From positions 1 to 64,000 of IMG/VR virus record IMGVR_UViG_3300042988_001121: DNA of 64,000 nt; one strand, written 5' to 3'. The notes under the pieces are model-generated. The model was not told where the DNA came from and made no database searches. It worked only from the letters and a program-made list of their open reading frames with translations. A program made the position numbers and the translations under genes. This DNA is from a virus. Shown here piece after piece: positions 38,007 through 47,650 of this stretch (position 1 is the first letter of the stretch; every line of letters begins with the position of its first letter).

Positions 38007-38054
38007 GGATATTTATGTTTTCGATGAACTGGTATTTTAACGTGGTACTCGGCA
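37889..38054 (+). repeat. 32-bp direct repeat x2 plus a degenerate third copy
   Basis: CAGAACAGTAGTTTTAAGTGGTACTCGTCACT at 37889-37920 and 37970-38001; GAACTGGTATTTTAACGTGGTACTCGGCACG from 38026. Confidence 0.9.
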
Positions 38055-38139
38055 CGAACAGATGCTATTTATCAACACTATAACACAGAAAACGTTTGAG
38101 TCAACACATTGGTTGACACATTTTGAAAATAAATTATTT

Positions 38140-38580
38140 ATGCTTGATCATGAACAGCTTTTGACCGAATGGGAAACCGATTGTAAGGTTCCCTCTGATG
38201 CTCTGTTAGAGCGCATGTACAGACACCCCATCCTTCATAGCAAGTATCTTGGCTACCTACAGTCTTATAAGATCAGTAGTCGTAAGGTCACACTTCGCTA
38301 TCAGAAACTCCGGCTCCTGAAGACCCGTTACTATAACGGAGAACTGTCAGAAGAAGAACTAATTGAGAACAATCTTAAACAGTACCTGTATAAGCGACCT
38401 TTGAAGTCGGAAATGGAATCTCTACTGGATGCCGATGCTGATCTTCAGAAACTTCAGGAACAGATTCTGTATATCGAGACTTTGATTCAGAGTACCGAGG
38501 CTATCATGAAAGAGTTGACTAACCAACACTATCTGTTCAAAAATATCATTGAACAGACCAAATATCTTACAGGGAATTGA
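38140..38580 (+). CDS. uvsY: Recombination mediator UvsY
   Basis: W..DC......L......P.LHSKYL..L, Y.G......PLKSE...LD.D.DL; directly upstream of uvsW; start at ATG 38140. Confidence 0.88.
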   Translation: MLDHEQLLTEWETDCKVPSDALLERMYRHPILHSKYLGYLQSYKISSRKVTLRYQKLRLLKTRYYNGELSEEELIENNLKQYLYKRPLKSEMESLLDADADLQKLQEQILYIETLIQSTEAIMKELTNQHYLFKNIIEQTKYLTGN

Positions 38581-38581
38581 A

Positions 38582-38854
38582 ATGTTTAGAGGCGCAGTAA
38601 CACTTGACAAAAATACTGTTATCAATTTTTTGAACTCACATGGAGTCGATCTTGTTCAATGGGTAGCGGATAAACTGGATAACCCAAAGATCGTTTACAT
38701 GCACAGTAACATTTTTGTGGTCGGCGAATCAACAGAATTTTCTGTTGCCAAATCTAGTATGGAATCTTACCCTCTTTACTCACTGAGATTTTTTGGTGTT
38801 GATTTACTTGACTACGCTTTTGAGGAACTGAGATTTCAATCAGTGGTTCTATGA
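38582..38854 (+). CDS. Hypothetical protein
   Basis: 90-aa ORF filling the uvsY-uvsW gap. Confidence 0.55.
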   Translation: MFRGAVTLDKNTVINFLNSHGVDLVQWVADKLDNPKIVYMHSNIFVVGESTEFSVAKSSMESYPLYSLRFFGVDLLDYAFEELRFQSVVL

Positions 38855-40335
38855 CAGACATTATTATTCGTAAGGTCAATGAGACATATCTTGAAGTCGT
38901 ATCTGACATGGATACGGCTTTCGTTATCTCTGATAGTTATAGTTTCAGACCAGATGGGTATCGATTCATGCCAGAGTATAAGGCAGGTCGATGGGATGGG
39001 TATATCAGAATGTTCAATATGGGAACCCGCAGAATGTTATTGGGTCTGAAAAATGATCTGATTCAATTCTGTGAACAAAGAAATTACTCATATTCCCTTG
39101 AAAACTTCGACGATCAGTCACTGAATCTCTCTGACAGTGATGTAGATGCCTTTATTTCGCGTTTAAACGCCTTTGGAGGCGATAAACCGTTACAGGTAAG
39201 GGGATACCAGCGGTATGCCATTAAAACGGCTCTAAACGCCTCTAGATCGATTTTAAAGGCAACTACTGGCGCAGGTAAATCTTTTATTCAATACGCGCTA
39301 TCAAGATACCTTTCCGAAGAACTTGGACTAAAGGTTCTGATTCTTGTTCCAACAGTGGCGCTTACTACTCAGATGAAGAATGATTTTGCTGATTATTCTT
39401 CTCGGTCTGATTGGTCTGCCGAAAAGAATGTTCATACAATCAGTGCTGGTCTTGATAAAGACACAGATAAACCAATTGTGGTCAGCACATTCCAATCTAT
39501 CTATAAGATGCCAGTGGAATGGTATGAGCAGTTTGGGGCAATTATTGGCGATGAAGGTCATAAGATAAAGTCTTCTACAATATCTTCGATCTTCATGAAT
39601 TCAACTAAATGTAGATTCAAGATCGCCTGCACAGGCACATTGCACGATATGAAGTGTCACCTGAAGCAGATGATTGGGTTGACAGGCGATGTAGTTGAAG
39701 TTGCTGATGCAAAGGATTTGATTGCCGAGGGTCAGTTGGTTCCATTGAAAGTATCTGGAATTATATTGACCTATGACAAAGAAGTTGCAAAAGCAATGAA
39801 AAAAGCTGACTATGAAACGGAGATAAAATACATTGTCACGAACACCAAGCGGAACAAGTTCATTGCGAATCTGGCGCTGAAATGTAAGGGAACTACTTTA
39901 CTTCTATATAGGTTCATTGATCTTCAGGGTGATCCGCTGTATAAGATGTTATGTGAAAGAACAGATAGAACTGTTCACTTCATTGATGCCGATGTTGATA
40001 GAGAGACAAGAGAAGAAATCCGTCAGAGCGCAAATAAATCTGATGACGATATTATTGTTGGTAGCTACGGATGTATGAGCACTGGCATCAATCTTCCTGC
40101 GATTGAAAACATCATTTTCTGTCATCCAGTGAAGTCCAAGATCACGGTTCTTCAGAGCATTGGTAGGGGTCTGCGGCTGAAGGAAGGTAAGACACACTGT
40201 AATCTCTATGACATTACCGATAATATGACGTATAATAGAAAGCAGAACACAACTTTCTCGCACTTCAGTGAGCGTGTTGGTATGTACGGCTCAGAAGGGC
40301 ACTCTGTTAAACTTATTACGATTCCATTTGAATGA
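38851..40335 (+). CDS. uvsW: RNA-DNA/DNA-DNA helicase UvsW
   Basis: F.PDGYRFMP.YK.G.WDG.IR, RGYQ, ATTGAGKS, IGDEGH, STGINLP, TVLQSIGRGLR. Confidence 0.96.
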   Translation: MTDIIIRKVNETYLEVVSDMDTAFVISDSYSFRPDGYRFMPEYKAGRWDGYIRMFNMGTRRMLLGLKNDLIQFCEQRNYSYSLENFDDQSLNLSDSDVDAFISRLNAFGGDKPLQVRGYQRYAIKTALNASRSILKATTGAGKSFIQYALSRYLSEELGLKVLILVPTVALTTQMKNDFADYSSRSDWSAEKNVHTISAGLDKDTDKPIVVSTFQSIYKMPVEWYEQFGAIIGDEGHKIKSSTISSIFMNSTKCRFKIACTGTLHDMKCHLKQMIGLTGDVVEVADAKDLIAEGQLVPLKVSGIILTYDKEVAKAMKKADYETEIKYIVTNTKRNKFIANLALKCKGTTLLLYRFIDLQGDPLYKMLCERTDRTVHFIDADVDRETREEIRQSANKSDDDIIVGSYGCMSTGINLPAIENIIFCHPVKSKITVLQSIGRGLRLKEGKTHCNLYDITDNMTYNRKQNTTFSHFSERVGMYGSEGHSVKLITIPFE

Positions 40336-40751
40336 AACCAACATTACTGTCACTACTCACTGTCAATAGTGAGCAAATTCTTGGCGACTATCTTTTCGAG
40401 GAAACAGAACTGGATAAGGACACAGGCGAAAGTCTTGGCTATATCTATCTTCTGTTTCCGATTCGGATCATGCAACAGAGCATGGTTCATCAGTCTTCAA
40501 AGGTGTCAACAATATTTGTTCCGCAACTGATGTTACCGTTCGGTAAGTCGAATGTTCATAAGTTCCGTAAAGACTTCTTTGTTCACATGACCATTTGTAG
40601 CGATTATGACCGCCGCTACTATAATAGCATCCTTGAGGAAATCCTTGCTGTTGAGACAAAGCGAAAATTGTTGTCTAGTTCTTACTTTGATCAGGTAGAA
40701 TACGCATACAAGAAATTTGATATGCACCACGGAACCACAACAATTCAATGA
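40332..40751 (+). CDS. Hypothetical protein (conserved position after uvsW)
   Basis: 139-aa ORF with ATGA overlaps on both sides. Confidence 0.6.
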   Translation: MKPTLLSLLTVNSEQILGDYLFEETELDKDTGESLGYIYLLFPIRIMQQSMVHQSSKVSTIFVPQLMLPFGKSNVHKFRKDFFVHMTICSDYDRRYYNSILEEILAVETKRKLLSSSYFDQVEYAYKKFDMHHGTTTIQ

Positions 40752-41761
40752 CAGCACTTTATATAGAAATCTCCTACTCAAAACAAGTAGGGGCTGCTCT
40801 TGAGCGTTTTCGTGTAAAACGTGAATCTCCTTTTCTGGCAGCGGCTCGATGCCCAATCTGTGGCGACTCAGCTAAAAGTAAGTCAAAGACTCGTTTCATC
40901 TTCTATGAGCGAGAAAGTCATATCAATGTGATGTGTCATAATTGTGGCTACAGTAGCTCTGTTGTCACATTTCTGAAGAATCATTACAACAGTCTCTATA
41001 ACGAATATATCATTGAGAAATATAGAGTAACCGGAAATGATAGAGAAAAAGAAACATTTAAAATACCTGTCTCTGCGCCTGTCATTAAACCAAATTCATT
41101 AGATTTACCTCTGGTTAAAAATCTTCCGGTAACTCATATTGCGAGACAATATGTTGATTCAAGAAACTTGCCTGAATATGGGTTTCAATTTGCAGAAGAC
41201 TTTTATGGGTTCTGTCAGCAATATAATAGTTCTATACCCGAGACTAAAAACAAAGAACCTAGACTCATAATTCCTTTCTTTGATCGGAAAGGAAACGTAT
41301 TTGCATTTCAGGGGCGCGATCTAACAGGAAAGAGCAAGCAAAAATATATTACCATCACGATTGATGACAAGACACCAAAAATATTTGGTATAGATCGTCT
41401 TGATGTTAAGCAGCCTGTTATCATTGTCGAGGGTCCAATTGATTCGTTGTTTCTTCCGAATTGCATTGCATCCGTGAATGCTTCTTTGGTTGCCACTGCC
41501 AAAAAGTTGACCGGAGTAATAAATAAAACCTCCACCACACTAGTCTATGATAATGAACCGAGAAATAAAATTATCGTAGAGCAGTATCAGAAGGCTATTG
41601 ATGCCGGATATCCAATAGTCATATGGAGTAAAGAGTGCGAGGGGCTTAAAGATGTTAATGACATGATTCTTGCTGGAATCGATGTTAAGAAGGTGATCAA
41701 AAAGAACACTTTTAGTGGTATAATGGCGAAGATAAAATTTTTGGAGTGGAAAAAGGTATGA
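40748..41761 (+). CDS. 61: DNA primase gp61
   Basis: RCPICGDS.KSK.K.R...CHNCG Zn finger, PRLIIPFF...FAFQGR, IVEGPIDSLF, YDNEPRN, KD.NDM. Confidence 0.96.
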   Translation: MTALYIEISYSKQVGAALERFRVKRESPFLAAARCPICGDSAKSKSKTRFIFYERESHINVMCHNCGYSSSVVTFLKNHYNSLYNEYIIEKYRVTGNDREKETFKIPVSAPVIKPNSLDLPLVKNLPVTHIARQYVDSRNLPEYGFQFAEDFYGFCQQYNSSIPETKNKEPRLIIPFFDRKGNVFAFQGRDLTGKSKQKYITITIDDKTPKIFGIDRLDVKQPVIIVEGPIDSLFLPNCIASVNASLVATAKKLTGVINKTSTTLVYDNEPRNKIIVEQYQKAIDAGYPIVIWSKECEGLKDVNDMILAGIDVKKVIKKNTFSGIMAKIKFLEWKKV

Positions 41762-44538
41762 CAGATATTGTGATCGACACATCACGTGATGAATTGTTTG
41801 ATGAAATTTCCTTGGCGCGACTCAAGGACTCGTATATGATCGAAGGAGAAACAACTCCGCAAGAGCGTTATGCGTTTGTTTCAAAACAGTTTGGGTCAAA
41901 CCCAGAGCACGCACAGCGATTATATGACTATGCGTCAAAACATTGGTTTGGATATTCAACCCCTATTCTTTCGTTTGGTCGAAATAAAGGTGGTTTACCC
42001 ATCAGTTGTTTCTTGGTATCTGTTCCTGATACTAAAGCTGGATTAGTTGATTCTTTGTCCGAAACAAATTGGCTTTCGATGCTCGGTGGCGGCGTTGGTG
42101 TTTATTTTGCGACTCGTGGCGCAGACGAAAAATCTGTTGGGGTGATTCCTCATTTGAAAGTATATGATGATTCTTGCCTTGCGTTCAAACAGGGTTCGAC
42201 CCGCCGTGGTTCATATGCTGCATATCTTGATATCAGTCATCCAGATATTATGGATTTTCTTGATATGCGCAAAGAAACCGGTGATCAGCGCCGCCGTTGT
42301 TTGAATCTCCACAATGCAGTGAATATTCCTGATTCTTTCATGAAATTGGTTGAGGGTCGAATGCTTGATCCTAAATTTGATGATACATGGGAATTGAAAG
42401 ACCCTGTGTCCGGTAAAGTACACGAAAAGGTCAGTGCTTCGGAATTGTGGATTAAACTGCTTGATCTTCGTGCAGGAGTCGGTCGTGGTGAGCCTTATAT
42501 TCTTTTCACTGACAATGTTAATAATCAGGTGAAACCTGTTTTGCGTGAACGTGGATATAAAGTCAATCAATCAAATCTTTGTGTTGCGCCAGAAACTCAA
42601 ATTTTGACAGAAAACGGATATGAAACAATATCTGATCTGGAAAACGAAACTGTATCTGTGTGGAATGGACAGGAATTTTCTAATGTTATTGTTCGCAAGA
42701 CCGGAGAAAATCAGAAACTGATCCGTGTTATCACAGATTCTGGGTTTGAACTTGAATGCACCCCATATCATAAGTTTTATGTCCATCAATATGTCAATGG
42801 CAAGAAAACTACTGTTGAAAAACGCGCTGGCGAATTGCTTCCCGGCGACAAGTTGATCAAGAGCGATTACCCTGTCATTGAGGGAACAGAGACTCTGGAA
42901 TATGCCTATGACAACGGTTTTTATACAGCCGATGGTTGTCTTGAGGCTAGAGGTCAGCGCGTTTATCTCTATGGCGAGAAACAAAAATTGAAACCATTCT
43001 TGTCGGATATCTATGGGAATTGGTGTGAGTCAAGTAACTGTGATCGTATAACTGCTACTACCAGAAAACTGAAGGACAAATATTTTGTTCCTAATGGAGA
43101 TTATACGATTAAATCTAAATTAGATTGGTTTGCTGGTTTGTGTGATGGTGATGGCACGGTTTGTCGGAACGGAGAATCTCAATCTATTCAAGTTTGTTCT
43201 GTTCGTAAAGAATTCTTACAACAGGTTCAATTGATGCTGCAAACACTTGGTGTGTATTCAAAGGTAACAAAATCAGTTGATGCAGGCTTTCGCCAGCTTC
43301 CAAAGAATGACGGTTCAGGAGAAAAAGGTGACTATTTCTGTCAGACAACGTATCGTCTGATGATTGGTCAACGTTATATTGAAAAACTCATTTCTCTTGG
43401 TTTTAAGACACATCGATTGGTTCTGACCAATCATACTGGCAATCGTGAGTGTACCCATTTCATTAAGGTTGAAGCCATCATCGATGATGGTCGTTATGAT
43501 GATACATATTGTTTCACCGAGCCAAAGCGACATATGGGCATGTTCAATGGTATGTTGACAGGTCAGTGCAACGAAATCATGTTGCATACCGATGCACAGA
43601 ATACCGCTGTTTGCTGTTTGTCTTCGATCAACTTGGATCGTTGGGATGAATACAAAGACAATTATCAGTTTTTCCTTGATCTGATGGAAATGCTTGACAA
43701 TGTGTTACAATACTTCATTGACAACGCACCTGACACAATTTCTCGGGCAAAATATTCTGCGATTCGAGAGCGTTCTGTCGGTCTTGGTGTGATGGGTTAT
43801 CATTCATACTTGCAACAAAAAGGCGTTGCATTTGACAGTGCAGTTGCAAAGGCATATAACAAAAAGATTTTCAAAACATTCAAGGAAATGCTTGATCGTG
43901 CTAACATTGATCTTGGTTCTTCTCGCGGTTCTCCTGCTCTTTTAGAAGGAACTGGATTGAGATTCGCGCATTGTAGTGCATTGGCACCAACAGCATCGAA
44001 TGCATTGATTTGCGGTAATGTGTCGCCTTCTATTGAGCCTTGGCATGCGAATGCTTTCCGTCAAGATACTTTGTCAGGTACTTTCATTCAGAAGAATAAG
44101 TATCTGAACCAGATTATCATTGAACTGGAAGCCGCAGGAAAATGTGATGCAGATGATGTGTGGAAGCAGATTGTTGCCGCAGATGGTTCTATTCAAAATA
44201 TTGATGTATTTGATGATCATACGAAGGAAGTCTTTAAGACAGCACCGGAGATTGAACAATTGATGTTAGTTGAACAGTTGACAGATCGACAGCCATATAT
44301 TGATCAAGGACAGTCTTTTAACATTTTTATTCGTCCAGACATTTCTATTCCTAAACTCCATGCGATACACTTCAACGTATGGAAAAAAGGTGGAAAGGGA
44401 ATGTATTATGTAAGGTCAGAGAAATTGGCTAATGCAGAGAAAGTGAATGCAAAGGTAGTTCGAGTAAAATTGGAAGATGAAATAGATATGAAGGCAGTTG
44501 CCAATGGTGATTTGGAATGTTTGGTGTGTAGTGGATAG
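41758..44538 (+). CDS. nrdA: Ribonucleotide reductase class I alpha subunit with intein
   Basis: STPILS, PISCF, GGGVG, QG.TRRGSYAAYL, QSNL|C.EI, AVCCLSSINL, RSVGLGVMG, ALAPTAS, YY.RS, C-terminal CLVC. Confidence 0.97.
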   Translation: MTDIVIDTSRDELFDEISLARLKDSYMIEGETTPQERYAFVSKQFGSNPEHAQRLYDYASKHWFGYSTPILSFGRNKGGLPISCFLVSVPDTKAGLVDSLSETNWLSMLGGGVGVYFATRGADEKSVGVIPHLKVYDDSCLAFKQGSTRRGSYAAYLDISHPDIMDFLDMRKETGDQRRRCLNLHNAVNIPDSFMKLVEGRMLDPKFDDTWELKDPVSGKVHEKVSASELWIKLLDLRAGVGRGEPYILFTDNVNNQVKPVLRERGYKVNQSNLCVAPETQILTENGYETISDLENETVSVWNGQEFSNVIVRKTGENQKLIRVITDSGFELECTPYHKFYVHQYVNGKKTTVEKRAGELLPGDKLIKSDYPVIEGTETLEYAYDNGFYTADGCLEARGQRVYLYGEKQKLKPFLSDIYGNWCESSNCDRITATTRKLKDKYFVPNGDYTIKSKLDWFAGLCDGDGTVCRNGESQSIQVCSVRKEFLQQVQLMLQTLGVYSKVTKSVDAGFRQLPKNDGSGEKGDYFCQTTYRLMIGQRYIEKLISLGFKTHRLVLTNHTGNRECTHFIKVEAIIDDGRYDDTYCFTEPKRHMGMFNGMLTGQCNEIMLHTDAQNTAVCCLSSINLDRWDEYKDNYQFFLDLMEMLDNVLQYFIDNAPDTISRAKYSAIRERSVGLGVMGYHSYLQQKGVAFDSAVAKAYNKKIFKTFKEMLDRANIDLGSSRGSPALLEGTGLRFAHCSALAPTASNALICGNVSPSIEPWHANAFRQDTLSGTFIQKNKYLNQIIIELEAAGKCDADDVWKQIVAADGSIQNIDVFDDHTKEVFKTAPEIEQLMLVEQLTDRQPYIDQGQSFNIFIRPDISIPKLHAIHFNVWKKGGKGMYYVRSEKLANAEKVNAKVVRVKLEDEIDMKAVANGDLECLVCSG
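42580..43566 (+). mobile_element. Gln-terminal intein with LAGLIDADG endonuclease in nrdA
   Basis: Starts CVAPETQIL, block B CTPYHKF, GFYTADG and AGLCDGDG motifs, ends TYCFTEP.RHMGMFNGMLTGQ before Cys (329 aa). Confidence 0.93.
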
Positions 44539-44573
44539 CTGTTAAGGTTAAATAGTTCATGAAAGAGAAATTC

Positions 44574-45330
44574 ATGAACTATTTAAAACTGTATACACAA
44601 CTTGTTACAACTCGTAAACAAACTAGGAATGTCAAGAAAGAAGTAAATTATGAGGTACATCACATAATACCACGTTGTCTTGGTGGTAGTGATTGTGCTG
44701 AAAATCTTGTGAAGCTGACATATCGAGAACATTTTTTTATGTCATAGATTGCTGGCGAAGTTATATCCATCAAATTCAAAAATACAATATGCATTTTTGT
44801 GTATGTTGCGTGATCCGCATAACAAGCGCAACCTATCACCTCGAATGTATTCAACGATAAAAACATATTTTTCAAAGTTTAAGAAACAGCAGAGTATAGA
44901 AATGAACCCCGGAAAACATCAAAATTCTAGGAATGCTGCCAGATCACGTATGTTATCAGCGGAAAACCCCTCAAAAAAGAATCCGCACAAAATTCATTCT
45001 GTGAAATCATGTTATATTGTAACTAACGATGGTATTATTGTGAGATTCCGTATGAAAAAAGATATGATTTCTTATTTTATGGAAATAACTGGACTATCAC
45101 ATGGTTCTATTAAAACTTATATACTGGATCGTAGGCTTGATAAGTTGAATGTAGTTGATATTGTCGTAGAAGAAAAAGAAAATAACTCAGATACAGCGTC
45201 AATTGGTAGAAGATGGTACACAAATGGTTCAGAAAATCAATTTGTGTTTCCAGGAAACGAATCTTTTGGTTTTATACCTGGGTTGCATAAAAAATCTCAC
45301 AGACGAAAGAAAGGCATTCCTGTGATATGA
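44574..45330 (+). pseudogene. HNH homing endonuclease interrupted by a +1 frameshift in a T7 run
   Basis: YEVHHIIPRCLGGSD..ENLV.LT.REH then premature TAG; deleting one T at 44732-44738 restores REHFLCHRLLAKLYP and joins ORF 44749-45330. Confidence 0.85.
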
Positions 45331-45362
45331 TACCCACTCATCCCAATTAAAAAGGAAAATAA

Positions 45363-46367
45363 ATGAACACACACCCCAGAAAACAAAAAACTAAACTGAC
45401 AGATAAACGTAACACGTTTAAGCCATTTGCTTATCCTAAGTGTTATGACATTTGGCTCCAGCATGAACAAATTCATTGGCTACATTCGGTGGTCAATATG
45501 CAGCAAGATGTTACTGATTTTAAAAAGCGTCTTACTCCGAGCCAGAAAAACTTTTTGACTCAGATTCTACGCCTTTTTACTCAGGGTGATATTGATGTTG
45601 CCTCTGGTTATGTCAATAATTATCTGCCAGTTTTTTCTCAACCAGAAGTGCGAATGATGCTTCTTGGATTCGCTTCGCGAGAGGCTGTTCATATTGCGGC
45701 ATATAGTCATTTACTTGAAACTCTTGGGTTTCCTGACACCACATATAACGAGTTCTTGAACTACAAAGAAATGGTGGATAAACATGAGTTTATTGAACAG
45801 TTGACCTCTAATACCGATTCAAATCATATTGTCCAACAGATGTGTGCTATTAGTGCATTTACAGAAGGGATGCAACTTTTTAGTTCTTTTGTGATGCTGT
45901 TGAACTACGGTCGTAACAACCTGATGCCGGGTACAACGAAAATTGTGACTTGGAGTATTATTGACGAAACAAAACATTGTGAAGGAATGACATATCTTTT
46001 CCGAGAGTTTATCAAGGAAAACAAGGATATCTGGAATGATGAGTTGAAGTCGCAACTCTATGCAATTGCAACGAAAATGGTTGAATTAGAAGATGCCTTC
46101 ATCGATTTGGCTTATAAAGAAATGGATGGTTCTGAATTCCAACAGCCTCTGTTAAAAGAAGATATGCATACATATATTAGATATATCGCAGATCGTAGAT
46201 TGATTGGGTTGGGGTTAAAGGGCATCTTCAAACAGAAGAAAAATCCTTTGCCTTGGGTAGATGAAATGACTTCTTTACCATCACATTCAAACTTCTTTGA
46301 ACAAGAGGAATCTTCTTACTCTAAGGGGGCTTTGACAGGAGACTGGTCGATGGTATTCCCTCAATAA
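45363..46367 (+). CDS. nrdB: Ribonucleotide reductase class I beta subunit
   Basis: FKPF.YP, FTQGDIDV, EAVH..AYS, FTEG.QLFSSF, WSI.DE..H, YIRYIAD.RL, NFFE. Confidence 0.97.
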   Translation: MNTHPRKQKTKLTDKRNTFKPFAYPKCYDIWLQHEQIHWLHSVVNMQQDVTDFKKRLTPSQKNFLTQILRLFTQGDIDVASGYVNNYLPVFSQPEVRMMLLGFASREAVHIAAYSHLLETLGFPDTTYNEFLNYKEMVDKHEFIEQLTSNTDSNHIVQQMCAISAFTEGMQLFSSFVMLLNYGRNNLMPGTTKIVTWSIIDETKHCEGMTYLFREFIKENKDIWNDELKSQLYAIATKMVELEDAFIDLAYKEMDGSEFQQPLLKEDMHTYIRYIADRRLIGLGLKGIFKQKKNPLPWVDEMTSLPSHSNFFEQEESSYSKGALTGDWSMVFPQ

Positions 46368-46415
46368 ATCTACACATATTTTTCTCTGTGATACAATAAC
46401 TCCATCGCAACAAAC
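46363..46415 (+). promoter_or_regulatory. Early sigma70-type promoter element, copy 1
   Basis: TCTACA-17 bp-TACAAT with extended TG; shares AATxxTCTACACATA...TGxTACAATAACT with four other copies. Confidence 0.85.
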
Positions 46416-46431
46416 TTAAAGAGGTTTACAA

Positions 46432-46695
46432 ATGACAGCATCACGTACACTCGCAACAATGATTGATAGTTCCAACGGTAAAATCGTTTCCGTTGTATTC
46501 ATCAAAAAAGATGGTAGCCAACGTAATCTGGTTGGTCGTCTTGGTGTAACAAAGGCTCTCAAAGGTGGAGTAAAACAAGTGGATGAAAATAAATTCATCA
46601 CTATCTTTGATATGCAGAAAAATGATTATCGCAACATCAACCGCGACACAATCATTTCAATTAAAATGAATGGAATCGAAGCCATTGCTGCCTAA
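46432..46695 (+). CDS. Small SH3/WYL-like-fold phage protein
   Basis: G...SV.FIKKDGS.R....RLGV...LKG...D....YR.IN pattern; SD GAGG. Confidence 0.6.
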   Translation: MTASRTLATMIDSSNGKIVSVVFIKKDGSQRNLVGRLGVTKALKGGVKQVDENKFITIFDMQKNDYRNINRDTIISIKMNGIEAIAA

Positions 46696-47200
46696 ATTCT
46701 ATGCAGGTATAGGAAGTAGAAGAACTCCTGATAATGTTCTGAGGATAATGGAGCATTTTGGGAGTTCTTTGTCATCTGCTTATGTACTTCGTAGTGGCGG
46801 AGCAGATGGCGCAGACAGTGCATTTGAAAGAGGTTGTGATTCCGAGTCTGGCGTAAAAGAAATTTATCTGCCTTGGTATAATTTCAATTACAAGACAGGC
46901 ATCGTGGTGCATAATAAATCTGTTCTTGATAAGGCAGATCAGATAGTTCAACGGTTGCACCCAAAGTACCGATCTTTATCAATCGGAGCCAGAAAATTAC
47001 ACATCAGAAACTGTTTCCAGATTCTGGGTGCTGATCTAAAGACTCCTGTTGATTTTGTTCTGTGTTGGTATCCAGACTCTTTTCCTAGCGGCGGAACAGC
47101 AACTGCTGTGAATCTTGCTCATAGACTCAAGATTCCTGTCTATGTTCTGAAGACAGAGGCGGATGTTGAATTGGTTAGAAATAATCTACACATACTCTGA
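46670..47200 (+). CDS. SLOG/DprA-like protein
   Basis: YAGIGSR.TP, LRSGGA.GAD.AFE, EIYLPW, RN..QILG.DL..PVDFV.CW, GGTA.A...A....IPV. Confidence 0.8.
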   Translation: MESKPLLPKFYAGIGSRRTPDNVLRIMEHFGSSLSSAYVLRSGGADGADSAFERGCDSESGVKEIYLPWYNFNYKTGIVVHNKSVLDKADQIVQRLHPKYRSLSIGARKLHIRNCFQILGADLKTPVDFVLCWYPDSFPSGGTATAVNLAHRLKIPVYVLKTEADVELVRNNLHIL

Positions 47201-47233
47201 GTTTCTGTTACAATAACTCCATCGACAACGAAC
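47180..47233 (+). promoter_or_regulatory. Early promoter element, copy 2
   Basis: AATAATCTACACAT..TGTTACAATAACTCCATCGACAACGAA. Confidence 0.85.
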
Positions 47234-47245
47234 CGGAGATTCAAA

Positions 47246-47437
47246 ATGACACTTACTCAAGCGCAGACCCGTTATGTTGAACGTGTTAACAATTGCCATC
47301 CCGGTCACTTTAACCGTGTTCGTGCATCAGCCGCAAAAGAATTGAAATTATGGGCAGCTAAACACGGTTACGATGCATCGGTTGTGTGGAAGGATGCGCG
47401 TGATATCGCGGAACTTGAGCGTAATTCAGAAGATTGA
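47246..47437 (+). CDS. Hypothetical early protein
   Basis: SD GGAG, directly behind the promoter. Confidence 0.7.
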   Translation: MTLTQAQTRYVERVNNCHPGHFNRVRASAAKELKLWAAKHGYDASVVWKDARDIAELERNSED

Positions 47438-47452
47438 TTGGAAAGGATAATA

Positions 47453-47644
47453 ATGTACATAACAAAGAAAAATGTAATAGACATTCTTGATGCAATGGAA
47501 GACTTCGAGGATGCCACCAGCTTTAAATTGGTAAACGATAACTCAAGTGGCATTGGTGGAATTTTGAGTCTTATTGTGACTACCGTGGTTAAGAATCGTC
47601 CTGTTGAGATCAAGATTGAAATCTCGGGCGTCGAAAATTGGTAA
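47453..47644 (+). CDS. Hypothetical early protein
   Basis: SD AAGGA, ATG 47453. Confidence 0.65.
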   Translation: MYITKKNVIDILDAMEDFEDATSFKLVNDNSSGIGGILSLIVTTVVKNRPVEIKIEISGVENW

Positions 47645-47650
47645 TAACTT

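Noticed and set aside
37889-38054. CRISPR array
   Set aside because: Only two exact repeats plus one degenerate copy, unequal spacers (49 and 24 bp), no recognisable CRISPR repeat terminus and no cas gene in the window; kept only as an unexplained repeat.
37793-38083. 96-aa ORF, and the 26-codon upstream extension of uvsY from 38062
   Set aside because: The ORF merely translates the DNA repeat twice and has no SD; UvsY homology begins at ATG 38140.
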